Positions 1 to 9,580 of a DNA stretch of 64,000 nucleotides are shown here, piece after piece. The translations under genes and the position numbers were made by a program. Numbering within the stretch: the first letter of the stretch is position 1; every line of letters begins with the position of its first letter. The notes below the pieces were generated by a model. The model was not told where the DNA came from. It ran no database searches and worked only from the letters and a program-made list of their open reading frames with translations. Location: IMG/VR virus record IMGVR_UViG_3300050821_002957, positions 143,192 through 207,191 of that record; one strand, given 5' to 3'. The stretch is from a virus.

Positions 1-170
1 CTTCCATTGGAGAAGGAAGATACTTGGCTCCAAATGAAATCCAAGCAAAAACCATCATGCCGATCCAAGCACAGATCAAGAGAATTTCAGTTGATTGATT
101 TCTGACGCTATTTGGGGAGATCCAATGCATCACCTTCAGCTTACGCTTGACCGGCGTCTTTGGCGTCATG
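1..170 (-). CDS. partial ORF (start ATG at 170, runs off window); predicted small membrane protein
   Basis: Open frame MTPKTPVKRKLKVMHWISPNSVRNQSTEILLICAWIGMMVFAWISFGAKYLPSPME with no stop before the window edge and a hydrophobic stretch. Confidence 0.3.
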
Positions 171-213
171 ACTACGACAGTTGTGTTCACGGCATCCTTC
201 TTTACTGAAAGCA

Positions 214-591
214 TTAATTTCTCTTGTCCGACAAAGTGTGGCGTCCTCGAATTCTAACGTTCATTTTGCTCTCGATTTCATCTTCAATTTTGCCGACTAA
301 CTCTGTCACTGTATCACGATCACAAGAAAAGGCAAATCCCACTTTACTGTGCGAGGGGCCGCAATTAAAAACAATTTCATATGTGTGAGATAGTTCATCC
401 GTCTCAGGATTTTTGTATGTCGAATAAAGAGTAATCGTATCAATAATCCCGCCAGCCATCTCCCACAAAATTTTAAGAAACACATTGGTGTCCCACTTTC
501 CAGGATCGGTGAGAACAAAACAAATATCTCGACTGATCTTGGTGAGTGAACCGGCAGCAATAGGAACCTTGTTCAATCCAATGTATGTCAT
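214..591 (-). CDS. hypothetical protein
   Basis: 125-aa ORF with ATG start; same strand and operon-like packing as the downstream minus-strand genes. Confidence 0.5.
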   Translation of the reverse strand: MTYIGLNKVPIAAGSLTKISRDICFVLTDPGKWDTNVFLKILWEMAGGIIDTITLYSTYKNPETDELSHTYEIVFNCGPSHSKVGFAFSCDRDTVTELVGKIEDEIESKMNVRIRGRHTLSDKRN

Positions 592-639
592 GTGATTCTC
601 CTATGAAGGGAGCCTCCCAAAGGAAGACTCCCAATTCAT

Positions 640-2502
640 TTACTGCTCGATGGTGCCGAGAACGATTTCGACACGGCGGTTCAATGCACGCTCAGAAGGT
701 GAATTCTGATTTGCGTTCGGATGAAGAGGCTCTTCCTGACCATGAGCGTAGGTGCGAACGATGTTCTTCACACCCTTGTTCTTCAGGTATTGAGCAACCG
801 AATCTGCACGAGCCTGAGAAAGCGTAACGTTGGCATCGGCATTTCCGGTATTGTCGGTATGGCCGTGAGCAGCCACGGCGTACTTGGTCAATACGATGTC
901 ATCGGCGAGTTGATTCAACACACCGTAAGAAACCGGCAGAATCGTAGCGCTGCCAACCGAGAACTGAATGCTGTAGTTCTTACGGCCTTCAATGCTCGAC
1001 ATGGACTTCGTGGACTTCGTGACCACGACATCTTCGGCATTGTTTGTCGGCAGAACATTCTTCGCAGCAACCGCAGCCACATATTGCGTATCCAAAATTT
1101 CTGAAACCGCAGGATAAGTCGCCATGATGTTAGGATACTGCTGGACATCGATCTTACCGAAAGTGTTGTACGTGGCAGCAAAAAGATTCACGCCGCCGTT
1201 CAAACCGAAGGACTGCATCGCATCGGCAAGATTGGCAACAGAAGAACCACCGAGATGGACACGAACACCCAATGCATCCGGTTCAGTAACACCCTTGTAG
1301 TATCGAACCCAATAATCCGCCGACTCTTCGTTATAAAGAGCGTAAGCGACCTTGCCGTATTCGGTCAAAGCTGCCGGATTCACACGCATCTGATCGGCAC
1401 CCTCGAAAGCTGCTGACAACATCTTTACGATGTCTTCTTTGTGAGCACGATCCCAGCGACGAAGGCCGATAAGCACACAAGGCATCTGGAATGCAGACTG
1501 TTGAGTGGTCATGATCGGCACGACTCCACCCTTCTTCTTCGCCACAGTCACGTCACCGGGCGTCCAGGTAACCACGGCATCGGCACATTTATGAATCTTG
1601 CCGCCACCGATGCCCTTTACAGTGAAGTCAGCACAGGCCACGCCGTTTGCGAAGTCCGCTGCCGCATCAGTATACGATTTGGAATCAATCCAGTTCATCG
1701 CAGTCTTGTCGTAGGTGTTAGTGTCCGGGTTATTCGGAATGTTGCACTGACCCAACTTCTTCAGAGCGATATTCCAGTCGCCGTCACGAAGCACGCCAAC
1801 GGTCACACCGCCACGCATTGCTTCACAGTTGTTCTTCCACTCTGCCGGTCCCCAGAAACCATCCTCACCACGGCTGTAACCGATAGTAGCGATAACTTCT
1901 GCAATCATGTCGGGTGCGATCTTCGCCAACTTCGGATTGATCGTCGCAAAGAAAGCCGGATCGCCATCACCCATGTCCGTAATGAACTTCACACCGCTGG
2001 CATTCGGGTCACTTGCAAGACGCTGCGCTGTATCCAACAGATCAGCTTGCATCTGATTGGTGTCATCCTGACGAGTGATACGAACGTTGACGCCATACTT
2101 CTCCATCAACGATCCTTTGCTGGTCTGAATGAACTTGGATTTACCGCTCTGCCCAACAGAGCTACCAACAGCATAGTCCAGACCGCCGTTCGCATTCCAG
2201 GCCCATTGCTCGATCTCATGAACGGGGCCTGCAATGCAATTACGAATGTTGCCGTCCATGCATGGCTGAACTGCCGTCGAAGTCGGAAGCGGAGCCGCCT
2301 TCACGTTGCCGGGGTTGGTTTCGAGCACATTCGCAGTGATCTCTTCGGCCTTGACCGGGATGTAAGCCTTCAGTGCGTTCGGGCGAGGGATGAGTCCAGT
2401 GTAGACGGCATGACGATAGCCGAATACCAGACCACCAACCACAAGCAAGAACAAAATCAGTTTCGGTAGCGGTTTCATTTTCATATGTTTGTTCCTTTTC
2501 AA
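640..2502 (-). CDS. membrane-anchored OmpA-family peptidoglycan-binding protein
   Basis: N-terminal basic + hydrophobic anchor (KLILFLLVVGGLVFGY). C-terminal OmpA_C-like segment (TDNTGNADANVTLSQARADSVAQYLKNKG...NRRVEIVL). Confidence 0.75.
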   Translation of the reverse strand: MKRNKHMKMKPLPKLILFLLVVGGLVFGYRHAVYTGLIPRPNALKAYIPVKAEEITANVLETNPGNVKAAPLPTSTAVQPCMDGNIRNCIAGPVHEIEQWAWNANGGLDYAVGSSVGQSGKSKFIQTSKGSLMEKYGVNVRITRQDDTNQMQADLLDTAQRLASDPNASGVKFITDMGDGDPAFFATINPKLAKIAPDMIAEVIATIGYSRGEDGFWGPAEWKNNCEAMRGGVTVGVLRDGDWNIALKKLGQCNIPNNPDTNTYDKTAMNWIDSKSYTDAAADFANGVACADFTVKGIGGGKIHKCADAVVTWTPGDVTVAKKKGGVVPIMTTQQSAFQMPCVLIGLRRWDRAHKEDIVKMLSAAFEGADQMRVNPAALTEYGKVAYALYNEESADYWVRYYKGVTEPDALGVRVHLGGSSVANLADAMQSFGLNGGVNLFAATYNTFGKIDVQQYPNIMATYPAVSEILDTQYVAAVAAKNVLPTNNAEDVVVTKSTKSMSSIEGRKNYSIQFSVGSATILPVSYGVLNQLADDIVLTKYAVAAHGHTDNTGNADANVTLSQARADSVAQYLKNKGVKNIVRTYAHGQEEPLHPNANQNSPSERALNRRVEIVLGTIEQ

Positions 2503-2517
2503 ATTGATTCGACGAAT

Positions 2518-3606
2518 TTACTTTTTCTTAAACAGATCGCCGTATTCGTCACCGGAAGTCTGTTGCTGTGCAGGCACGTACATCGGTTTGCCACTCGTCA
2601 TGCTCATCGTCAAAGCCGCAGGCGTAGCTTCGATCTGACGAGTAGCGTCGGAAATGATGTTTGCCTTGCTTACCTGATTGCCGTTGCCGCCTAACTGTAC
2701 ACCGGCATTCTTATTCTGCCATGCGTCCAACATCTGCATAGCCTTCTCAGTATCCACGCCGTCCTGTAGATCGGACTGCTTGAGAATGTCTTTCGTCACG
2801 TCGAGGAAGTTTTCGACTTCACCCATCGCAGCGGTATAGTCTTGTTCCAATTTGACAGTGGCTTCATCCCACATGTCTTTTTCAGGAAGACCCTTGAGAA
2901 TCGCCATTGCACCACGAACCACGCCACGGTCGGCCTTGGCTTCTTCACGCTCTTCTTCACGGAACTTGATTTCGTTGCCCATGTCGATGATCGTGTCGCT
3001 GCACAGATGATAGTAGCGATCCATGATAGTGATCAACAAAGTCAGGCGCTTCATTTCTTCGATGTAGCGAGCCTTCTTCGCTTCCAGGCGGGTGACCTGT
3101 TTCTTGTTGATGTTCATCCCGCTTTGATCGTTGTTTTTCACGGCCTGATTCAAAAGACCGTAAGTATTTTCCAGTTCTGCATCATTGGCTTGCTGACGAC
3201 GTTGAACCTTGACACGCTGCCCTTTCAGAGCATCGAGAGATTCCTTCATCTCATTCAGCTTGCCTTCCATGCGTTCCTTGTAAGTCTTCAGGATACCGAT
3301 AGGGTCGATGCTAATGAATTGACTGGTAAGCCAGCGCATCATCGAGCGATACAAGTAGAAGACCATATTTCGCAGTTGCCCATCGACGACAAGCCAGCCG
3401 AGCAGCGCAATACCGATGCCAACCACAAAAAGATGGAAAATGTTGTCCACTGCATTGACCATGTAATCGCCAATGGAGCTTCCGAAAAAGTAAAGAATCA
3501 ATGCGACCGCTGCGACTGGAATACCGTAGCTAAAAGCCTTGGTTAAACCATCTCCCGGTCGAGTTCCTTTAGTTACTGTTGAAAGTGTGTTAAGTTCGCC
3601 TGCCAT
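2518..3606 (-). CDS. membrane protein with two TM helices and a long coiled-coil domain
   Basis: Hydrophobic helices (IPVAAVALILYFFG, IFHLFVVGIGIALLGWLVV) followed by K/E-rich heptad-like sequence. Stop lies 16 nt before the start of the OmpA gene. Confidence 0.65.
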   Translation of the reverse strand: MAGELNTLSTVTKGTRPGDGLTKAFSYGIPVAAVALILYFFGSSIGDYMVNAVDNIFHLFVVGIGIALLGWLVVDGQLRNMVFYLYRSMMRWLTSQFISIDPIGILKTYKERMEGKLNEMKESLDALKGQRVKVQRRQQANDAELENTYGLLNQAVKNNDQSGMNINKKQVTRLEAKKARYIEEMKRLTLLITIMDRYYHLCSDTIIDMGNEIKFREEEREEAKADRGVVRGAMAILKGLPEKDMWDEATVKLEQDYTAAMGEVENFLDVTKDILKQSDLQDGVDTEKAMQMLDAWQNKNAGVQLGGNGNQVSKANIISDATRQIEATPAALTMSMTSGKPMYVPAQQQTSGDEYGDLFKKK

Positions 3607-3645
3607 ATTGTTCCTTTGTTGTTGTTCCTTTCGATTCGATGCTGA

Positions 3646-4329
3646 CTACTTCGCCGTCGATGCAGAGGAAGGCATCGGGGAGTAAATCTTCAGCTTGTTC
3701 AGCGAATCGTTGATTTCGGCAGTGACTTGCTGAGTTGCCGTGTCGAGACTGGTTTGCATGACACCGATCTCTGCACGCTGTTCGATCACTTGCGTAGAGA
3801 GTTGATCACGCTGCTTGGAAAGTTCTTCGATCTGATTATTGATGCCAGTGATCGAATTTTCACGAGTGGTCACTTCTTTTTCGGTCTGGGCCTTGATTGC
3901 GCCAATGATCTTACCGTGTTCTAATTCGATGACATTGAGCATCGCATTGAACGCTTCGGCCAATTGCGCCTGAGTAATGTTCTGTGTCTTCGCCAATGTC
4001 TTCAGGGCCGCACGAAAACGACCACCTTCGTCCTTGATGGCGTCTTCAAGAGACTCAGCAATCGTCAGAAACGACTGAATTGTAACTGCATTTGGCGACA
4101 ATGCCAATTTCGCACGGAACTTGGTCACAAAGTCAGTGACTCGGCCAGGATCGACCGCTCCGTTCAAAATCGGAGTTGAAGTTGTCGGTGCATTTCCACG
4201 AATCGACTGAGAAATCGAAGACGAAGGTGCAGCGGCAACAGGTGTTTCGGTTTTCTCGGCATCGGCAGCAGAATGATCAAATAATGCATCACCAAGCGCC
4301 GACCCAATAGAGCTAATGTTAAATTTCAT
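3646..4329 (-). CDS. coiled-coil protein
   Basis: 227-aa Q/E/K-rich ORF with heptad character; first gene of a three-gene minus-strand block. Confidence 0.55.
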   Translation of the reverse strand: MKFNISSIGSALGDALFDHSAADAEKTETPVAAAPSSSISQSIRGNAPTTSTPILNGAVDPGRVTDFVTKFRAKLALSPNAVTIQSFLTIAESLEDAIKDEGGRFRAALKTLAKTQNITQAQLAEAFNAMLNVIELEHGKIIGAIKAQTEKEVTTRENSITGINNQIEELSKQRDQLSTQVIEQRAEIGVMQTSLDTATQQVTAEINDSLNKLKIYSPMPSSASTAK

Positions 4330-4391
4330 ACGGGTCCTTTCAATCTACTCACAAATTTTCTACAACGTCAAGTATTTCGTACATTAACGTT

Positions 4392-4634
4392 TTACAACTT
4401 GAACACCAATCTCAACGCTGACTTGCCGGTTTCTTGCATCGACACTAATTCCTCAGCAATGAGTTCTTGCTTTTGCTTGGCCGTCAACGAGGAGTCATCG
4501 TACAGACTAACTATTCGCTTCAGATACTCGTCCATTCGTGTCAACTGCACTCTGAACGCTATCTGTTCCGGCGTCGGTTTTGATGGTTTCTTTGTCATTC
4601 CGTCTGCGTATCTCTGCCCACAATTGCTGCACAA
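4392..4634 (-). CDS. hypothetical protein
   Basis: 80-aa ORF. Confidence 0.4.
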   Translation of the reverse strand: MCSNCGQRYADGMTKKPSKPTPEQIAFRVQLTRMDEYLKRIVSLYDDSSLTAKQKQELIAEELVSMQETGKSALRLVFKL

Positions 4635-4815
4635 GAAAATGTTCGGGACCTAATGACTTTTCAAGTTCATATGATCACCAACCAACTTCTCAAGCGGCTG
4701 TTCATGGAGAGGAATGTTTAGATCATTCATCTTGACATTCTTTCCTTTCATTTACTCAGGTGTTTGACCTAATTCATACATCAAACCTAACATGACAATA
4801 CCTGCCTGTCAAGAA

Positions 4816-5181
4816 CTAGATGCACCTTTGTGTGTTCTTTTCTTTGGCACTCACTTTTAACACTGACTCACGACTAATACGAATAGGATTAGGACACTTC
4901 GCTCCGGGCACATCAGGACAGTTATGTGCTATGCGGTCACCAAACTCTTCTTCTAACTCTGCCTGTCGTTCAAGTAAAATAGTCAAGTTGTAAATGTGTC
5001 CTTCGATACCTTTGAGAGTGACAAACCACTGATTAACTTTCATCCTAACTTGATGGCGCTCCACATTCTTTACGATAGCAATACCACCGCAGACATCACG
5101 TTCACCCTGTTCAATGTACCAACTAGAGTCTATGTACAGTTCGTCTCCTGGTCTAACTTCTGACGGATTTTTCTTCGACAT
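4816..5181 (-). CDS. hypothetical protein
   Basis: 121-aa ORF. Confidence 0.5.
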   Translation of the reverse strand: MSKKNPSEVRPGDELYIDSSWYIEQGERDVCGGIAIVKNVERHQVRMKVNQWFVTLKGIEGHIYNLTILLERQAELEEEFGDRIAHNCPDVPGAKCPNPIRISRESVLKVSAKEKNTQRCI

Positions 5182-5498
5182 TCTTCATCTACCTCCCAAT
5201 TATCGGCGTGGTTTTCACAACAAAATAATCGATACCGGCGCACAGGATCAAATAATTGTTTTACGTAATCATCCAACAAAACAATGGCTACGGTGCTGTC
5301 CTTAAGACAAAAAAATTCATGACAATAATCACACTCAGCCTGTGACGACCAATCGCCAGGAAGACGCAATGGAGGATCAAGACGTTCACCCGCCAACATC
5401 CGAATGACAATCTCACCGTGTTCTTTCACACGCTTCGGACGATGTTTTTGATGAACGCCTCGACTTCCACCAGTCTGTAATGAAGTACGCTTATACAT
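5130..5498 (-). CDS. hypothetical Cys/His-rich protein (possible zinc binding)
   Basis: Start MYKRTS overlaps the upstream stop as TAATG. C-terminal half carries CDYCHEFFC...FCCENHAD. Confidence 0.45.
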   Translation of the reverse strand: MYKRTSLQTGGSRGVHQKHRPKRVKEHGEIVIRMLAGERLDPPLRLPGDWSSQAECDYCHEFFCLKDSTVAIVLLDDYVKQLFDPVRRYRLFCCENHADNWEVDEECRRKIRQKLDQETNCT

Positions 5499-6106
5499 TA
5501 CGTCGCTATCATCACCTGATCCGGCTGCACGACCGTCGCCGACAATGCTTCGATGGCAATGCGAGCTTCGTATTCTTGAATGTATTCGAGATGAACTTTT
5601 TCGATTTTCGCCACAACCTTTTTCGGAAGGTCGGCTTTCACAGCAACCTTGACGACTGCCGGGGTTCCCTTTACCGGGCATCCTTCAGTCTCACCACCGC
5701 AGGCGCAGGACTTTGCATGGACACCTTTTTTGATGGCTGTTTTGAGGATACTGGCGTAGACGAGTTTCTTGGCTTTTTCAGGAGGGATGTTTTCGTTTTC
5801 TTTCCACTCGTAAGAGCGACGAACACCGATGTTAAGATTCTTGATGGGATTGTTCTGCTTACGTTTGTCTTTTTTCTTTGGTTGAGGATTTGCTTCCATC
5901 AAAGATCCGGCCAGAATTGTAATCGGCTCCAAGATGCCCTGATATTGTCGGTAGAGATTGGTAATCGTCTCTACTTCCGCCGCATACTCAATCTGCAACG
6001 TGGCAATCTGCGTCTTCAATATTTCGACACGATCCCCTGAACGGCGAAGCAAATCTATTACTGTGGCTTCATCGGTTTTTTCACCGAGGTTTAAATTTTC
6101 AATCAT
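5498..6106 (-). CDS. hypothetical protein
   Basis: 202-aa ORF with a lysine-rich middle segment. Confidence 0.55.
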   Translation of the reverse strand: MIENLNLGEKTDEATVIDLLRRSGDRVEILKTQIATLQIEYAAEVETITNLYRQYQGILEPITILAGSLMEANPQPKKKDKRKQNNPIKNLNIGVRRSYEWKENENIPPEKAKKLVYASILKTAIKKGVHAKSCACGGETEGCPVKGTPAVVKVAVKADLPKKVVAKIEKVHLEYIQEYEARIAIEALSATVVQPDQVMIAT

Positions 6107-6187
6107 AGTTGTTCCTTCCGGTCTCGATAGACCTTTCCTGAACCATCATAAAACATCTACATCTACTTTGTCAAGCAGATACATCAA

Positions 6188-6451
6188 GTGCTAGATAGCA
6201 ATATGGTTTGTCTCTTTGATCGTTTCCTCACCGAAGAACTCTCGGTGCCATCAGATGCTATTCTCAGCTTTTACGCCCATCCTCGAATTCAAGTCCAAGT
6301 ATACGATGATTCGCCCTGTTATACGGCACTTTTCTACGTGGACGGCAAACCGACACTCAAAGAAAATCTAATCGACGGACTCTCAAAATTTTTTGAACGA
6401 ACAATCATCGACGCAAATTTTCACGCCTTCCTAATTGAAATTGTCTCATAA
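6188..6451 (+). CDS. hypothetical protein
   Basis: 87-aa ORF. Confidence 0.45.
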   Translation: MLDSNMVCLFDRFLTEELSVPSDAILSFYAHPRIQVQVYDDSPCYTALFYVDGKPTLKENLIDGLSKFFERTIIDANFHAFLIEIVS

Positions 6452-6471
6452 AACGCTGTCTAAATGGATGC

Positions 6472-7080
6472 ATGAAGACACCAGAAGTTCTCTACCACTA
6501 TACCACCGGCAACATTTTCCGCAAGATCCTTCATCAAGGTGCAATCGAACCAGATCGTACCGAACCAAAAAATGAAAATGAAGTTCCGACCGTCACTTTT
6601 TCGAGCAATCCTGTTTGGGAGCGCACTCGTTTTCGTGTTGGTAAACTGCCTGACGGCCAATTGATCATGATGAGTCAGCAGCTTTTGAAAGAATTTGATG
6701 GCGGTGTATTTCGTATTTTGGTGCCTGGAGAGCTTGCTCCGCTTACTTGGCACGACATGAAAGACACCTGCGGCATCAGTAAAGAAGCCATGAAAGGCAT
6801 CTACGATTTTGCACTTCAGGTTGGCGCAAAAACCTCTCAATGGTTTGCCACGACCGAACGAGTACCTGAAGATGTATGGATCAATGTCGAAAAATTGAAT
6901 GACACTGGGGAATGGGTCGAACTGGCTGAAGATGAAATTCCTGAACCATCTGCCGAAGAATCTGGTAACATGGGATTCAATACTTCCAGTCCCATAGAAA
7001 TTGGAAACAAAGAAGAATTGGTTCCTGTGACCGATGAAAATGTTCTTCGTGAAGCCGGATCATTGGTCTCCGCAGAATAA
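6472..7080 (+). CDS. hypothetical protein
   Basis: 202-aa ORF. Confidence 0.55.
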   Translation: MKTPEVLYHYTTGNIFRKILHQGAIEPDRTEPKNENEVPTVTFSSNPVWERTRFRVGKLPDGQLIMMSQQLLKEFDGGVFRILVPGELAPLTWHDMKDTCGISKEAMKGIYDFALQVGAKTSQWFATTERVPEDVWINVEKLNDTGEWVELAEDEIPEPSAEESGNMGFNTSSPIEIGNKEELVPVTDENVLREAGSLVSAE

Positions 7081-7227
7081 AATTTTCCGCAGAAAGATTC
7101 TGAAGAACTTAAAGTTTCTGGAGAATTTCTTTCGCTTCACTGGAGATTGTAGCGAATTTTTCAGGAATGTCAAGTAGGTCAACTTTTCTCTTGGAAATAT
7201 TACCGAGTCTGTGATAGTATTCTGCCC

Positions 7228-7692
7228 ATGAGCGAAAGACCGCTACCAGGAAAACCACAACCAAGAGAACGCAGACCGTTGGCGGAACCGGAATGGGATG
7301 GAAATGCTTGCCTCTTTATTACGGCACATGCAGCCCGTCGTATGGAGGAACGTTTTGGTCTCACCCGGCTTCGGACTACACCGTTTGAAATTCAGACGAT
7401 GTATTGTGAAGCAACCGACATTGACCGGCCTGTCTGGGCACTTCGGATCAGCAATGGAAAATCAAATGGATGGATTCTTGGCAGATGGGAACTCGCCGAA
7501 CCCGTTCTGGCCCGAGGAATCTACAAATATTGGTTTGTCGGCACCACAGTTATCAACGACAAACAGTTCAATTATTCCCGGCTAGAGGTTCGTAAGACCA
7601 TCAGAATCAACGTCAAACGAATCATCAACGAATCTTCACGAATACGTCCAAAAAGTGAAGATACATCTATTGACATTTACGACCAACTCTGA
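7228..7692 (+). CDS. hypothetical protein
   Basis: 154-aa ORF. Confidence 0.55.
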   Translation: MSERPLPGKPQPRERRPLAEPEWDGNACLFITAHAARRMEERFGLTRLRTTPFEIQTMYCEATDIDRPVWALRISNGKSNGWILGRWELAEPVLARGIYKYWFVGTTVINDKQFNYSRLEVRKTIRINVKRIINESSRIRPKSEDTSIDIYDQL

Positions 7693-7698
7693 TACGAT
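7660..7698 (+). promoter_or_regulatory. promoter family copy 1: GATACATCTATTGACA, 17-bp spacer, TACGAT, 6 nt, ATG 7705
   Basis: Exact TTGACA, 17-bp spacer and -10-like hexamer; the start codon sits where the transcript would begin (leaderless). Confidence 0.55.
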
Positions 7699-7704
7699 TG
7701 GTTC

Positions 7705-7986
7705 ATGGTTCCAAAGACGATAAAGCAAATTCAGGACGATGTGTCCCGGATTCATTTTATGACACGAGATTTTGCGATCCATGTTCGTAAGTTGAAACTG
7801 GCTCACAAGAATCGTGTCGTCGAGCAACAGCGTATGTCGGATGAAGGCGTGCCCGGAAGTCAGGAGCCTTTCAATGTGCCAGCGTTTGCTTTGGAATATC
7901 AAGCTGACGCACTTATTGATCTCGCCAACCAAATCAAGGAATCGGCCAAGTTCTTACGAAATACGCCGGTAGATGAATGGAAATGA
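7705..7986 (+). CDS. hypothetical protein
   Basis: 93-aa ORF directly downstream of a promoter copy. Confidence 0.55.
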   Translation: MVPKTIKQIQDDVSRIHFMTRDFAIHVRKLKLAHKNRVVEQQRMSDEGVPGSQEPFNVPAFALEYQADALIDLANQIKESAKFLRNTPVDEWK

Positions 7987-8198
7987 ACCAATACGAAAAG
8001 ATGGTCAAGGCAAAAGAGTTACTCATCGAGGCTCGCAAACTTTGGTTCGAGGCAGCTTGTGGAAATTTTAATCCTCCAATCGAAAAGCACAATGCGATGG
8101 CCGGTCACTCATTACAGGATGAAGGTGTGCGTCCAATGATCGACACGCTGATCCTCATGGCGGAAAACGAACTCGTCCATTACGTAAAGGAATCCTAA
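7977..8198 (+). CDS. hypothetical protein
   Basis: 73-aa ORF overlapping the upstream gene. Confidence 0.45.
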   Translation: MEMNQYEKMVKAKELLIEARKLWFEAACGNFNPPIEKHNAMAGHSLQDEGVRPMIDTLILMAENELVHYVKES

Positions 8199-8377
8199 TG
8201 CCACAGTCGCAAGCCAGCACCGCCGATCAACTTGAAAAACTGAAGGTTCTCGTCGCCGATCAGGAATATGATCTCGACAATCTTGGTCCACATGATCTTC
8301 GGGCCATTGTGAAGATTGCGAATTTCAACGGTTTGTACGATGCCGCTGACTTCGTAAGAAATCAGGCCGGAAAATAA
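8198..8377 (+). CDS. hypothetical small protein (59 aa)
   Basis: TAATG overlap with the upstream stop; clean ORF MPQSQASTADQLEKLKVLVADQEYDLDNLGPHDLRAIVKIANFNGLYDAADFVRNQAGK. Confidence 0.4.
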   Translation: MPQSQASTADQLEKLKVLVADQEYDLDNLGPHDLRAIVKIANFNGLYDAADFVRNQAGK

Positions 8378-8559
8378 AAAATCACATTGGAGTGGAAATG
8401 AATCCTGAACACTACCCGACTTGGGCCGCACTATCTTATGAATTTTGGGCGTTTGCCTCGATTCATCCTTTTGAGGCGACCGTTTTCGTATTGGCTACAT
8501 TGACTGTTATTGGTTGGTGGGTCCGAAAAGACTAACGAAGAATGACAGATTGAAAACCT

Positions 8560-8763
8560 GTGGTACGATGTGTCATGACTTTTGATCCGCACGATTTCAA
8601 ACCCACGACGCTTGGACTTTGCGAGATTTGCGCCGAGCACAAGTACCATCCTTCGCACCATGAATTTATTCTACATCCCACGTATAGAGGACCCGGCTGC
8701 GCTCATTGTGGAAAGCCGGAAAAAGGTCACAAACCAGCCTCAAAAAAAGTTGAAAAAAATTAG
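8560..8763 (+). CDS. small Cys/His zinc-finger-like protein
   Basis: CEICAEHKYHPSHHEF...CAHCGKPEKGH. Confidence 0.45.
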   Translation: MVRCVMTFDPHDFKPTTLGLCEICAEHKYHPSHHEFILHPTYRGPGCAHCGKPEKGHKPASKKVEKN

Positions 8764-8801
8764 ATACATCTATTGACATCAACCCAGTTGTTTGGTATTC
8801 T
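8763..8801 (+). promoter_or_regulatory. promoter family copy 2: GATACATCTATTGACA, 17 bp, TATTCT, 6 nt, ATG 8808
   Basis: Same box, same spacing and same 6-nt gap to the ATG. Confidence 0.55.
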
Positions 8802-8807
8802 TGATTC

Positions 8808-9176
8808 ATGAGCACAACGACCAAGACGACCAAAAAGACTGCGGTAAAGAAGACGGTTTCCAGGGCGAAAACGACCTTGGTGATGAACCGGGACAAAAAG
8901 GCCAAGCCGGTAACAACAGCCAAGAAGAATGCACTGACGGCTCGCTCGCCTTTTGCTCCGAAAGTTTCCAAGCCTCGTGTGTTTGTTCCGGTGAATCAGC
9001 TTGGTGTTGTCGATCAGATCACCAATGCGTTTGCCCGTCACAACATGTTCGCTACGGTTTTGGGGGTCCTCATCGGCAGTTTCGTTCCGGTTGCGGTTTG
9101 CCGGCGCATTATGGTGTTCAGGTTCATCCGGCTCTATGGGTTCTGGTGTTGGGCGGTCTGGTCTACTCAGCGCTGA
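8808..9176 (+). CDS. lysine-rich (histone H1-like N-terminus) protein with TM segment; apparently continues in the -1 frame to 9400
   Basis: MSTTTKTTKKTAVKK... then a TM helix. The 8792..9400 frame encodes a further multi-TM, lysine-rich C-terminus with no in-frame ATG. Confidence 0.5.
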   Translation: MSTTTKTTKKTAVKKTVSRAKTTLVMNRDKKAKPVTTAKKNALTARSPFAPKVSKPRVFVPVNQLGVVDQITNAFARHNMFATVLGVLIGSFVPVAVCRRIMVFRFIRLYGFWCWAVWSTQR

Positions 9177-9400
9177 CAGTTTTCAAGTGGGGTGTTGCTG
9201 CGTTTTCGTCGCCGGTCAAGAGCGTCGGCTTTGTGCTGCTGCTGGAAGGTACGTTGACGTTCAGTAATGAACACGCTTTGGCTTTGGGTGCTTTAGCAAT
9301 TCTGGCATTCATCAACGCAGTAGCGACGGCTTGCAACTTGATCGCTCAGAAGAAAGAAGCGAAGCAGGAAGCAATTGCAGCAAAGAAAGCAGGAAAGTAA

Positions 9401-9568
9401 ATGTTATCACCTATAACTAAAGCTGATCTAGAGAAATTTTTGCAGGAGAATAGTCATCTTCCTGGTGACACTCCCATTTACATCATTTACGGTCTCGGCC
9501 CTGCCAAGATGGACCAGATGTATGTTGATGATGAGATGTGTGAAGAAGTGGCAATCTTTTTCCAGTAA
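9401..9568 (+). CDS. hypothetical small protein (55 aa)
   Basis: ATG immediately after the upstream stop. Confidence 0.35.
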   Translation: MLSPITKADLEKFLQENSHLPGDTPIYIIYGLGPAKMDQMYVDDEMCEEVAIFFQ

Positions 9569-9580
9569 AGGAATGGGAAC

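Noticed and set aside
1441-2469. 342-aa plus-strand ORF (and 721..1104, 915..1181) overlapping the OmpA-family gene
   Set aside because: Antisense shadow ORFs inside a well-supported 620-aa gene; R/S/H-rich, low-complexity translation.
2842-3546. 234-aa plus-strand ORF inside the minus-strand membrane coiled-coil gene
   Set aside because: Shadow ORF of a gene with clear TM and coiled-coil features on the other strand.
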